The notes under the pieces are model-generated. The model was not told the DNA's origin. It worked only from the letters and a program-made list of their open reading frames with translations, and did no database searches. The position numbers and the translations under genes are program-made. Below are positions 35,077-45,700 of a stretch of DNA of 64,000 nt, in pieces. Numbering within the stretch: position 1 is the stretch's first letter; the number at the start of each line of letters is the position of its first letter. The stretch is from a virus, in the IMG/VR virus record IMGVR_UViG_3300042197_001179, positions 3,870 through 67,869 of that record; one strand, written 5' to 3'.

Positions 35077-37856
35077 GGGGATATCCTCACTGTAGCGTTA
35101 CTTGTGAACCATCCACTAGGCATATCCACAGTTCTAGTACACTTGTTGCTGCAACAAGTTGAACCGCCGTTGTACACAATGTTAAGTGTGGCAGTTGTTA
35201 TACCTCGTTCAGACGCCACTATTGCAGACATTTCTCCGCAACAGTTGCTAGCGCCATTAAGCACCAGTGTGCAGGCATTTGAAGTGATTGTTAATTTGTC
35301 TGGCGGTTCAAAAGTATAGGTTAGTCCACCTTGAACAGTTGAAAGTGTGGGATATGTAAAATTGACTGTTCCAGTAATTGGCATCTCAAGACAAGATTGA
35401 CAATTTTCACAGCTTGAACAGAGTGTAACAGGGGATTGCTTACAAACTGTACCGCACAAACAACAGTCATTATTAACTAATTGGTGTGTCAACTGAGTGT
35501 ATTGTGTGAAAGATTCTTCTGAACCTTCAAACTCCAATGTTGCATAGACGTTGTTAATGTTTGTACAATCTTCAGTACCGTTGAATGTGGCAGTTAAATA
35601 GACAGTTTCCACACCATCCGTCCAAATGATTACGCACACCCAACCATCCTCACCGTAAGTTACATTGACTGTGCGGGTGCCACCATTTAACGACTCAGAC
35701 TTAGACCAAAATCCGTCGCTTATAACAGGGATATCGCTGCACGTACCACCATTCACGTTCTGAACCAAGTCAATACGCCCACAATCTAACACAGTTTTAT
35801 TTATTGTTGCATACACACTTGTGACAAAATTACCGTCATCATAAATAGATTCATAAAACTCGTACGCGGTATCACAACAATAATCTCCGTACAATGAAGT
35901 GTAACTTGTTCGCGTATGTGTAACAGTCCCATCTGTCCAAGTTATTGTGAAGTATGCAAAATACTCATCAGTGTAATATGTTACTACACGAGTTTCTGTT
36001 ATTTCTGTACTGACGACTGTAACAGTTTCAAGTGACCAAGTGTTTGGCCCTGTTTTCTGTAAAACAGCCGTACCTGAATTACTTACGTTGTTGACTGAGC
36101 CAGTGTATCCTACATCAATATCTGCCCAACTTACACTTATGTCACTAGAAACAATATCACAGTTAATCTGGAATTGATCCCAAATCAGTGTCAGTGTTGA
36201 CGCTGAATTAAAACATTTGTCAGCTACTTTTTTACATTCTGCATTATCTACAAAACCAAAATCAATTAAAGTCCAAGTTATTGCAAAGGTATCGCCATTT
36301 TGAAACGCCTCACCAAACGATACGGAAGTGCCAAATCGCGCATAAACATCTGACATAGACCATCCCACACTGTATTGTGTGCTATGTATGGTTAAATTGA
36401 TTACTGAATCAGTGTCTGTACGAGAATAAACTACACCAGATTCTACTGGTGGACTAGTGTTATTTGCATCACAATATGTGCTCGCCCAAGTGGTTTCATC
36501 ATTAACATTGTACGCTAAAGATGTCCATTCATGCCTGGTGGCGGTGCCAATGGACTTGTTCCAACTTGGGTCGCAAGAGTCTCTGACAAGTGTATGCGAG
36601 CCGTTCACGTTCCAAGCACCTTCACGCTTAAATGCGAGGCTAGCACTGTTGTAACACGTACCAATTTCAGGTGTTTCAAAACCTGCCACAGTAACTGTAT
36701 ACGTTTCAGGCGTGCAAGGTGCAGTTTCACAAACTGGGCACTCTGATTTATCAACTTCTTCACAAACGCAAATAGCTGGATCGTAACAAGGTGTAGCACC
36801 GTCACAATCTAATTCACGTGTGTCCGGGTGACAAGATGGTATTGACGTTGTTTGAACGCATTCTCCAGTGCATTGGCAACATTTAATTTCACCTATCGTC
36901 AAGGCGACTGTTATAGGCTCTTCTTCAAAATAACAAGTCGGCGTGTTTAGAGTTATTCTACCATTAGTGACATTATCTCCACAGCAATTATCCATATCAA
37001 ATTGCACTTGATACTGCCATTTTTCATTGGTAATAACTCCACCACCGCCCAAAGGTCCTGCATCATAACTTAAAAAGTATTCTTCACCTGCTTCATCAAT
37101 AGCACTTAAAGAATCTTCGTTCCAAGAAAAAACCAACGTCTTAGCTGATACAAGATTACTAAGTTTGTCAAAATAGTCACACACGTTTAAGCCGTTTTCA
37201 TTACAAGAGGCGGATTCAACAGGATTATTCTGCACTGCAAAACCTTCAGAATTGCAGCAAGTATTTCCTTGAACACTAACTGTTAATGTTCCAGTACCAG
37301 TATCTTGAACGGGGGAACCTTCCTCTGGTACGGTAGATAAATCAATAGTGGCTTCCGCTGATCCTCCACAATCTGCTGCACTCTCCCAACTTGCAGTATA
37401 GCGATATTTTAAGCTGTTTATAGTAGTTTCAACTTCTACAGTCCAAACAGCACCGTTGTAAGATACGTAGATTAAGAGTTCTTGATTACCGACAAATTGT
37501 ATTGTGCTGTATTTAATTAAATTGTCCTGCCAAATATCTTCACTGTAACAAATGGCACTACCACCATTAATCACGGCTGCGGCAGTATTATTGACCAATG
37601 TGATAGATGGCCACGTTATTGTGATACTGGACAAGTGGCTGAAACCGGGTTTAACACAATCTGAAAAATCTTCATAGCAAGAGGCGATGTCTATAGTTCC
37701 TAGTGTTATTGTGAATACAGTATTTTCACCGTAGCAACAATTTCCAGATCTTAAGCAAGCGGCAATATCTGCGCAGCACACCCCACAAAGATCAAAAATA
37801 CCTTCAGGATTCAATAAAAAGAGTCCTTCACTATTTAGTCTGTATTCACCACTCAT
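35067..37856 (-). CDS. Large Cys/Thr-rich putative tail/receptor-binding protein
   Basis: Follows the tail hub gene; recurrent CC/CxC clusters separating beta-rich segments; acidic. Confidence 0.65.
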   Translation of the reverse strand: MSGEYRLNSEGLFLLNPEGIFDLCGVCCADIAACLRSGNCCYGENTVFTITLGTIDIASCYEDFSDCVKPGFSHLSSITITWPSITLVNNTAAAVINGGSAICYSEDIWQDNLIKYSTIQFVGNQELLIYVSYNGAVWTVEVETTINSLKYRYTASWESAADCGGSAEATIDLSTVPEEGSPVQDTGTGTLTVSVQGNTCCNSEGFAVQNNPVESASCNENGLNVCDYFDKLSNLVSAKTLVFSWNEDSLSAIDEAGEEYFLSYDAGPLGGGGVITNEKWQYQVQFDMDNCCGDNVTNGRITLNTPTCYFEEEPITVALTIGEIKCCQCTGECVQTTSIPSCHPDTRELDCDGATPCYDPAICVCEEVDKSECPVCETAPCTPETYTVTVAGFETPEIGTCYNSASLAFKREGAWNVNGSHTLVRDSCDPSWNKSIGTATRHEWTSLAYNVNDETTWASTYCDANNTSPPVESGVVYSRTDTDSVINLTIHSTQYSVGWSMSDVYARFGTSVSFGEAFQNGDTFAITWTLIDFGFVDNAECKKVADKCFNSASTLTLIWDQFQINCDIVSSDISVSWADIDVGYTGSVNNVSNSGTAVLQKTGPNTWSLETVTVVSTEITETRVVTYYTDEYFAYFTITWTDGTVTHTRTSYTSLYGDYCCDTAYEFYESIYDDGNFVTSVYATINKTVLDCGRIDLVQNVNGGTCSDIPVISDGFWSKSESLNGGTRTVNVTYGEDGWVCVIIWTDGVETVYLTATFNGTEDCTNINNVYATLEFEGSEESFTQYTQLTHQLVNNDCCLCGTVCKQSPVTLCSSCENCQSCLEMPITGTVNFTYPTLSTVQGGLTYTFEPPDKLTITSNACTLVLNGASNCCGEMSAIVASERGITTATLNIVYNGGSTCCSNKCTRTVDMPSGWFTSNATVRISPCS

Positions 37857-40800
37857 GGGCAACCTACCGTATTAAGAGGTTCAAAAGCCTGTAACAGTAC
37901 AAGTTCATTAGCGTATGATATGTACGCTAATCCATATGTTGCAGCTGCAGTAGAGCCTACACTGCGTCCAGCAACGGGGGATTTGTTTATGCCTAAAACA
38001 AAATCATCTGAGAGACGTTTTACAGTATAGACATAACTTGAAGCTGCACTACCTGTTCCGGCAGTTCCACTAGTCATAACCAATTTAACAGCAAAAACTG
38101 TTTCAAGTTGAGGTGGCCTGAACCAAAGATATTGGTGCTCACCATTAGCATTGCGAATAGGTACTAAAACAGCTGGAACACGGTGCACTACACCATCATC
38201 AAACTTGACACCAAAGAATTCTGTAGCAGGTAACATGCCGCCTTTTGGATTGGTGGTAGCCTCGTAAGGCGTCGTGTTTAATCCAGTAGAATCCTCAAGA
38301 CAGGGTCCACCAAAGAATGTCCATTGATTCTCAATAATATGGTACTTAGCTTCAACCCAAGCTCCATCAGGTGTAAAACTGGCGAAAGCAACTATAGAAT
38401 CCACATCTCTACCACTATTTGACACCACAACAGTATCAGAATCAATTGGCGCACCTTCAATAATGTCTCCAACATTTATGCGTGCGTTTGAATTTGTTGG
38501 GAAAATGTTGACAGGGGGACTACCCTCAATAGGTTTTCCGTTTTCGTCGACGCCATCAATAGGATTACCTATAAAAGCGTCAGGCTTATCTGGATTTAAT
38601 TGGGTTACTTTGAAGTTTTTTCTGAGGTGTGGACGTATTGACTCTAAAGCTGCAAGAGCTTTTTCTGGATTCAAAAATAAACTAGTATCGGGCGCATCAG
38701 GCTCAGGAGTAGCCCATATTTCTTTTGATTCAGTTTCTACAGCTTCTGCGGGATTGTGAGGAATCACATCCAAAAAATCATCTGACCAAGCATTGGAATC
38801 TTTAGTTACATGTCCGGCTGTAATAGGAAGCCAAAGCGTGACCGTACATTCACCACTTGTCAAATCATGTGAAACGCTTTCCACTACACCTTTTACAATA
38901 GTCCACAAAATCTCACCTAAATTTATTTGAACAACATCGAAAACTTCTAAACTGAAAGCGTCATGGAAGCCTTTTACAGTGATGCGTTTCCAAACATTGG
39001 CATACCTATACCCCCAAAAATCAATTGTCTTTTTAACAAGAGACTCGTGATTATAGATGTATATATCACGACTTTGATCAATCAGACCATACAAATCCAC
39101 ATTGTGTTTATAGTGGTACTTGTAAGAATCATTTTTATCCCATTCACCATGTAAGTAGTCTTGACGCCAGTCGCAAGTTGTTTGAGTATAAAGGTCTTGT
39201 TGCTCAGTAAGGGTAAGTTCTAAACTATCTGCTTCAACATTAGCCGTGGTAAAAGAAAATGTTGAAGATTTTTCTTTAGATAAATAGCGAATTTTCACTT
39301 CTTCTGAATCAAAAATTAATCCACACCTACCTTGCCACGCTATCTCAGATGCAAGTGTTAAAGAATCTTTTTGCTGTAGAAGAGCCCAATTAGCAGGATA
39401 TTTAGTTACTAAAGATGCCACTTCACCAAATGATTCTTCATCAATATTTAAATCAGTATAAGTTTGAAGTATCCATTTAATTTGATCAGACAAATTTTCA
39501 CTTAACGTAGATGTTAGAGTTACATAAATTTCTTCCGAATAACCTAAAGATTTCAAAGGTTCTGTGAATTCAATAGTAGTTAATTGATTTAGTGGATACT
39601 CTGCATTTGTAGGTTCAGCTAAATTAACTTTATAATGTCGCTTATTTATAAGTTTCTTGTAACCTTCTGTATCATTTTCACGGCGTCCATAAACTGCGTG
39701 AACTTTTACGGATGGCATTTGATTAACAATAAACTTGTCTTTAATGTCGCCTTCCCACAGATAAACAGGTTCCCCTGCTTGAGCATTCCAAAATAAGTTT
39801 TGCAACAGTTGTAATTGTTTTAACTTAGACTTTAATAAAAAGTACGGGTCTTTAGCTTTTTGCTTATTCTTTTTAGCTCGCTGTTTAAGAACTTCTTTAA
39901 TTTCATTAATTATTTCGTGTGTATTGGTAACTAATCCACCAAATGGGAGCCCTCTAACAGCACTGATTTTATCTGAAGCGTCGATGCGTTTATACTGAAA
40001 ATCTCCAACAGATTCGTACAAACGTGCCATATTGTCAAACCAAACTTTTCTACCTTCCTGACGTACACACACCATAACTCGACAAGCTGAAACATCTGAA
40101 CCAATAATGTCGCCTTGTTTGAAATGGCAGGTATGTTGAAAAATGTGTAAGTCATCTTTTAACCACGCCACACGCACATTGTGTTCATCTGGATCACCTA
40201 TTACTCGCGGCCCAAATTTTACATCTACATATTTAGCGCAATTAGCCTCTGTAACTTTGAATTCACCGATATCACTATTGTAGATGCCTGCATCCGGGTC
40301 GCTCTTACTAGGTATGATACCCTTAAAAACTGCCCCCTGAATAATGATTTTTATTTCCTTGTCTCTAGGAAAATTTGAAGAGTCTTCCAAATAAATTGTA
40401 GAATTTTTTCGCACGTCGGAATAAACATTAACAAAGTTTATCCCTGTGCCTTGCTTGATTTCCTCTTCTTTGATAATGCTTTCAATCTGAGCCTCATCAT
40501 CAGGCTCTAAATCAATGTACCCGTCACCTGTTTTTAAATCTTTATACAACTCACGGTCAACTCTACTAGGGTCAACAAATTTAACAGAACTTCTCAAAGT
40601 TGTTGTGGGGGCACGTACCACTAAAACACCTGGAACATGCGTGCACTTCCCAAACACAATTGGCCAAACTTTATCTAAAGAAAAATCTGGAATATCTGTA
40701 TATTCGCCACGCTTAACAGCGTAACCGACATCCCCGTTTTTAATTTTAGTCTCTACTTGAACGTCTAAAATCCTGTCTCCATCACGCCATACAAACGGAC

Positions 40801-41197
40801 CAGTCACTTTCCCCTTGTAGATTTGTGTGGCTTGTGAGTAAGTCGCTTTTTGTTCAGTCGTTAACGCTTCCCACTCAGAGTCTGTGAATAATCCATCATA
40901 AAAAATAGATATGCGGCAAACAGAATCTTCTAAATTGCCGTTATCAAAAGCAGCTTTCATTTCTCCGTCGGAATCATCCAAAGAAATGTTTATAGCGGAA
41001 ACTGAGCCAGAGTTGTCGCTGCGTAATGATGATCCTAATGCAGAAATGTTAAGTATGCGACCCTTAATACCTCCAAAATTTTTAGTCGCATATGTAGCTC
41101 TACCAAAACCGATCCAATCAAAAATAGCGAATACAATAGGCTCTATACCATCTTTTCGCTCTGTAGCTAAAATAGCGTTGGGTAAAAGTGTTTTCAA
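37853..41197 (-). CDS. Tail tip/baseplate hub protein
   Basis: 1114 aa downstream of tape measure; WPIVFG..HVP motif. Confidence 0.7.
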   Translation of the reverse strand: MKTLLPNAILATERKDGIEPIVFAIFDWIGFGRATYATKNFGGIKGRILNISALGSSLRSDNSGSVSAINISLDDSDGEMKAAFDNGNLEDSVCRISIFYDGLFTDSEWEALTTEQKATYSQATQIYKGKVTGPFVWRDGDRILDVQVETKIKNGDVGYAVKRGEYTDIPDFSLDKVWPIVFGKCTHVPGVLVVRAPTTTLRSSVKFVDPSRVDRELYKDLKTGDGYIDLEPDDEAQIESIIKEEEIKQGTGINFVNVYSDVRKNSTIYLEDSSNFPRDKEIKIIIQGAVFKGIIPSKSDPDAGIYNSDIGEFKVTEANCAKYVDVKFGPRVIGDPDEHNVRVAWLKDDLHIFQHTCHFKQGDIIGSDVSACRVMVCVRQEGRKVWFDNMARLYESVGDFQYKRIDASDKISAVRGLPFGGLVTNTHEIINEIKEVLKQRAKKNKQKAKDPYFLLKSKLKQLQLLQNLFWNAQAGEPVYLWEGDIKDKFIVNQMPSVKVHAVYGRRENDTEGYKKLINKRHYKVNLAEPTNAEYPLNQLTTIEFTEPLKSLGYSEEIYVTLTSTLSENLSDQIKWILQTYTDLNIDEESFGEVASLVTKYPANWALLQQKDSLTLASEIAWQGRCGLIFDSEEVKIRYLSKEKSSTFSFTTANVEADSLELTLTEQQDLYTQTTCDWRQDYLHGEWDKNDSYKYHYKHNVDLYGLIDQSRDIYIYNHESLVKKTIDFWGYRYANVWKRITVKGFHDAFSLEVFDVVQINLGEILWTIVKGVVESVSHDLTSGECTVTLWLPITAGHVTKDSNAWSDDFLDVIPHNPAEAVETESKEIWATPEPDAPDTSLFLNPEKALAALESIRPHLRKNFKVTQLNPDKPDAFIGNPIDGVDENGKPIEGSPPVNIFPTNSNARINVGDIIEGAPIDSDTVVVSNSGRDVDSIVAFASFTPDGAWVEAKYHIIENQWTFFGGPCLEDSTGLNTTPYEATTNPKGGMLPATEFFGVKFDDGVVHRVPAVLVPIRNANGEHQYLWFRPPQLETVFAVKLVMTSGTAGTGSAASSYVYTVKRLSDDFVLGINKSPVAGRSVGSTAAATYGLAYISYANELVLLQAFEPLNTVGCP

Positions 41198-41556
41198 GAT
41201 TCACCTCTTTTAACACCTTCAAAAACGAAGGTGAAAGTATCCAAATAGTGAGATTGTTCTAGAATAGATGTGACGTCACTTAACAGGATCACATCCCATT
41301 GAACACCAAACTCATCAACATAAATAAATTTCTTTCCTGCAAAAGTTTCGTCCAATCTTTTGAATAATCTAAACTTATCAATCTTGTTAAATAATTTAAT
41401 GGGTACAGATATCGTATACTTTGCAGGAGTGTTGCGAATCCCCCACAAGAATCCGTCCATAGATTTTCTAAATCGTGTATTTAAGTTAAGAATCAATTGA
41501 TGTGGGTCTGCGTGCTTAAAAATTAACGCCTGCCCATCACGTTGGATAGTTATCAT
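41194..41556 (-). CDS. Minor tail protein (distal-tail-like)
   Basis: Position; RKSMDG, terminal F.FEG. Confidence 0.55.
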   Translation of the reverse strand: MITIQRDGQALIFKHADPHQLILNLNTRFRKSMDGFLWGIRNTPAKYTISVPIKLFNKIDKFRLFKRLDETFAGKKFIYVDEFGVQWDVILLSDVTSILEQSHYLDTFTFVFEGVKRGES

Positions 41557-41926
41557 TGTCTACCCCTTCAAAAGTGAATTTTATTGTATACATGGAACAA
41601 GGGCGACGCCTTAATTCTTCAACATCTATTGAAGGGGTTGTAACTTTTCCTGTCCAACTTTGCAACAAATCAGACTCGCCGCAAGACTTAATAGTTCTAG
41701 TGAATGTAACTTCTTTTGCAGCGTTATCTATTAAAAACGTAACAAACTCGTCCCGTTGAGTAGGTGACAGTCTTTCTAAAATCCATTCGTAAGTATATTT
41801 TTTAGGTAAGTAAGGATTTTTAACTTGTAAGGTTTGACTACTTTGGGTTGAGCGTGTGCGCACATTGTGCAAAATACTGCACGTGACACCGACACCTGTT
41901 AAAGTGTCTAAGTTGTAAGTGGCCAT
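41537..41926 (-). CDS. Minor tail protein (distal-tail-like)
   Basis: Position; W.G.V, terminal FTFEG like its neighbour. Confidence 0.55.
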   Translation of the reverse strand: MATYNLDTLTGVGVTCSILHNVRTRSTQSSQTLQVKNPYLPKKYTYEWILERLSPTQRDEFVTFLIDNAAKEVTFTRTIKSCGESDLLQSWTGKVTTPSIDVEELRRRPCSMYTIKFTFEGVDNDNYPT

Positions 41927-42216
41927 TAAAAAGTCTCCACAGTGTCGGTAGTATCCGCTCCTACTAATACGCCACTTCTTAAAGAGATTGATAGAGCATC
42001 TGACTTGAGTGAAATTACATCATTTTGCACGATATTGTATTGAACTTGAACATTGTAATCGTCTTGCAAGGTTAAAGTGTGTAAAACAAAAAGTCCACAA
42101 GATTCTGTGAACTGTTGATCAATAGTTATCAGTTGCGTTAATTTTATAACTGTAGTGGCCAATGTGTCTGGTTGAAACCCCAAACTTTGCTCAACAGTTT
42201 CATTAAAAACAGTCAT
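41926..42216 (-). CDS. Hypothetical tail-region protein
   Basis: Coupled ORF. Confidence 0.55.
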   Translation of the reverse strand: MTVFNETVEQSLGFQPDTLATTVIKLTQLITIDQQFTESCGLFVLHTLTLQDDYNVQVQYNIVQNDVISLKSDALSISLRSGVLVGADTTDTVETF

Positions 42217-42698
42217 GCTAATGCCGCTCCTAAAATGTACGTAATATTGATTGTGTCGCCATCGGCAACATTACGTACAGCTGAAAACGCTGCGGTAGAC
42301 CACAGTGTTACAGACCCACTTGTAGAACCTTTCACATTACTGCTTGCTATGAAGAATCCTTTTATAGCGGCTGTAGCACTCATAGTGAATGAGCGGGCAG
42401 TTGCATTGGCTATGCTTTGACTTGAAGCGGCATCAGGACTCCACTCCGGTCGCGTCGACTCGTCGTATTGGGTGTTTTCAATCCACCCTGCGTGACTGGC
42501 GTGGGTATCTGCTGCTGCTAAAGCTGTGTAGCTAGCATTATCAATCAAGCCAATATACCAATTGGCTATTTGTGTAGCGTTATCAAACATGACATTCAAC
42601 AATTTGTCCAATCCAGCATTGGTGATGCCGTTTTTGACCTCAAAACTATCTACGATTGCACCATTGCGAACAATATCTACATGAAAGAGCCCTTGCAT
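42213..42698 (-). CDS. Virion structural protein
   Basis: NGITNAGL...WYIGL...GDTINITY pattern typical of tail structural proteins. Confidence 0.7.
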   Translation of the reverse strand: MQGLFHVDIVRNGAIVDSFEVKNGITNAGLDKLLNVMFDNATQIANWYIGLIDNASYTALAAADTHASHAGWIENTQYDESTRPEWSPDAASSQSIANATARSFTMSATAAIKGFFIASSNVKGSTSGSVTLWSTAAFSAVRNVADGDTINITYILGAALA

Positions 42699-42700
42699 TT

Positions 42701-45700
42701 TTACACTCCTGTTAACGGTTTAAGTCTGCCTGCACGTATTTCACGGTGCAACATATTTCCAAGTTGAGTAGCATCGACTTGAGCATTGCCACTAGATTGT
42801 AAGGTAATATGAATACCTCCAACGTCGACACTGCCACCTGACGATAAATATTGCGGTTTGAAGCTGTTCATGTGTACAAGTTGCGTCCTGAATCTTTGAG
42901 CAGCTGCAGCGTTAACAACAAACTCACCCGGCGTAAGCATTGCCGGTACGGTATCTGTGCCACGTGGCACAAAACCGCCAGCAGCAAATCCTTTAGCAGG
43001 GGGTAAGGCGTTTTGGCGGCGAAGTTCTTCAGTTTGGGCTTCAACAGCTTTGTTAAGAAGATTAATTGCAGTGGATAAGGATTCTGAGCTACTTTTCAAT
43101 GTCTCAGTGTAAGTTTTTACGCCACCAGTATCTGCGCCAGTAGTTTCAGCAAACTTTTTGCTAAGTTCCTCCAACTGCTTAGCAGCTTGATCCCTAAGAT
43201 TTATCAGATCTTTGAAACCTCCCTTAGACTCAATCTCTTTCAAAGCGTCTCTTAAGCCTGTAAGAGAGTCTGCCAACTGCTGTTCTTCTGGACCGTCAAT
43301 CTTGGCTCGGGCTAAAAGATTATTTATCGCCTCAATTAAAGCAGCGCTGTCTTGAGGATTTTTCAAGGCTTCATTGAATTGGTTATTCACCGATGCAGCT
43401 TGTCCGAGCTGTTGCATACGTGCAAATACATCCTTTTCATCTGCATCTAATAACAATCTAGAGAACAGGCTGTCTTGATTGGCTAACACGTTAGCGTTGC
43501 GGGGATTTATTGAACCTTCAGACTGTAAGCGAAAATCTTCTATTGTTTTGTTAACAGCGTCTATCTCAGCACTGTAAGTTTTAACCGCACGTTCTTGAGT
43601 TTCAATCTCAGTTTTAGCTAAAGCTATACGTTGAGCAGTCTCTTTTTCAACCGCTTCTAAACGAAGCGTGTTAATGCGATTAACAAAAACTTCTTCACTG
43701 GCATGGAGTTGAAGTCTTGTTTCAGCGGCCGCGTCTTTGAATCCAAGTTTTTCTTGCAAAGCGGCTAATTCAGTTAAAACTACTTTTTGTTTTTCAAATT
43801 CTTTAGTGGCAACATCTTCTGTTTCAGCCTTAGCAATAGTGTCTACATCAAACTTACCAGCCTTCTTAGTTAAAGATTCAAATTTAGCTTCAACCGCAAT
43901 ACGTTCCAGATTAGCTTTTTGTTCAGCAATAGCTTCTTCAAGTTTAATCTGTTTAATCTTTTCAAGTTCTTCCCTCTCTTGTTTCCTGAGGGCTACAAGC
44001 TCTTTAGCTAATTGATTTGTGTCTAAGTTTAACCCATTTTCTTCAGCGATTGCAGCGAGTATGCTCTTACGCCGATCAAAAAGCTGCTGAACCTCATCCC
44101 GAATAGCTTTGTAGCCATCTAAATCCCCCGTCGCTGCAAGACCACTTGCATCTACTCGAAGTTTGTTGATTCTGTCAACAATAGCATTAACTTGCTCTTC
44201 AGGTGCAAGATTTTCAAGCCCTAAATCAAAAAGGTCCGCATCTGTGTCTTTAGCATTTTTACCAATCAATTTATCAATATTTTCAAAAAGTTTTAAGTAA
44301 TCATTTAAAGATGTTTTAGATGCTTCTATAGTAGATTTAAAACTGGCCAACGCCGCTGATTGACTTTCTTTAACACGTTCAATAATATCGGCATAAATTT
44401 CTGATACTTTAGAACTTTCACTATTAAGTATTTTTAATCTTTCAGCGGTGGCTTTAATATACTCAGCAGTTTGCAATGTAATGCCCGCTTTAATCTTATT
44501 GCTGTAATTTTCTAAGTTCTTTTCCAATTCTTTGATCGCACGTTGTTGAGCTTTAACGTAGTTGTCTAAATCCGCTTTCATCTTCTCTTCAAAAGCTACT
44601 CTAGAAGCATTTGCCAATTCAACCAGTTTAACGATTAAAAGAGTCGCGCCAACAGTGAGGGCTATAAAAGGATTTTTAAGTGCTGCAACAGTTAATCTTC
44701 CAACAACTAGCGTAAGAGCTGCTACAGCAGGTATTAAGAGAGCAGTAATAACTTTAGCAGTATTCTTGAAAACTTCTATCAAACCATCAAAACCACCGGA
44801 CATATCATAGATCGTTTTTAAGAATGACCCGGCTAAATCTTCGATAAAAACATTACGGATTTCATTTGCAGCCTTACGGAACTGGAATCCAATATTTTCG
44901 GTAGTTAATTTGACGGCTCGATCATAGCTGACCATAGGGTCTTTAAGTTTTTCTAATGTGCTACGATAGACTTCCGCATTATCGCCCGTCACACCTAATA
45001 AACCTGACAGACCGCGTATGGCGTCAACAAACTCCGCCATTTCTGTAGAGCTGCCTTTTGTCCTAGATTCAATTTGCTTTAACAGCCCAGGGAATCCGTA
45101 TAAACTAATTGCGGCTTCACCACTGGTAACACCTAACTCTTTGAAAAGTTTAGACATTTCTTCAGTCGGTTTCAGTACCTTAATCAAAACACCGCGAATC
45201 TGAGTAGCTGCTTCAGAGTAAGTGTAACCTTGAATGGTCAACGTAGCAATCATTGAATTAAGTTCAGCAGTCGTTAAACCGGCTTCTTTAGCTAGAATGA
45301 TTATGCTACCTAAGGAGTTGGCCATATCAGACGCTGACACTCGACCTAAGTCGATTGTTCGGAACAACTCAGCAGCAATATCCGTAGCCTCTGAAACGTC
45401 CTTACGGTAAGCGTTCATGACAGATTCAATTAAGTTGGCGGCATCAGACGATGAGGAACCGGTGGCCAATGCAAATTCATTGACCACTCGGCCAAATTCT
45501 GCATACGCTGCCGAAGTTTCAATAACTTGATTAGACAGTGTATTGTAAGCAGACTTAGTTTGTTCAACAATGTCAACACCAAAAGAATCTGACAATTCTC
45601 GTATGGTAGCATTCCAAGCTTTATAAGATTCTAAAGGTGGGGAAAGTGTTAAAACTTGTCCTAAAGCCTCTTGGAGTTTTAACGCTTCTCGCGTCATTGT

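Noticed and set aside
41926-42216. Start MTVF as a sixth leader peptide
   Set aside because: Lacks the upstream Arg and aromatic positions; may be chance
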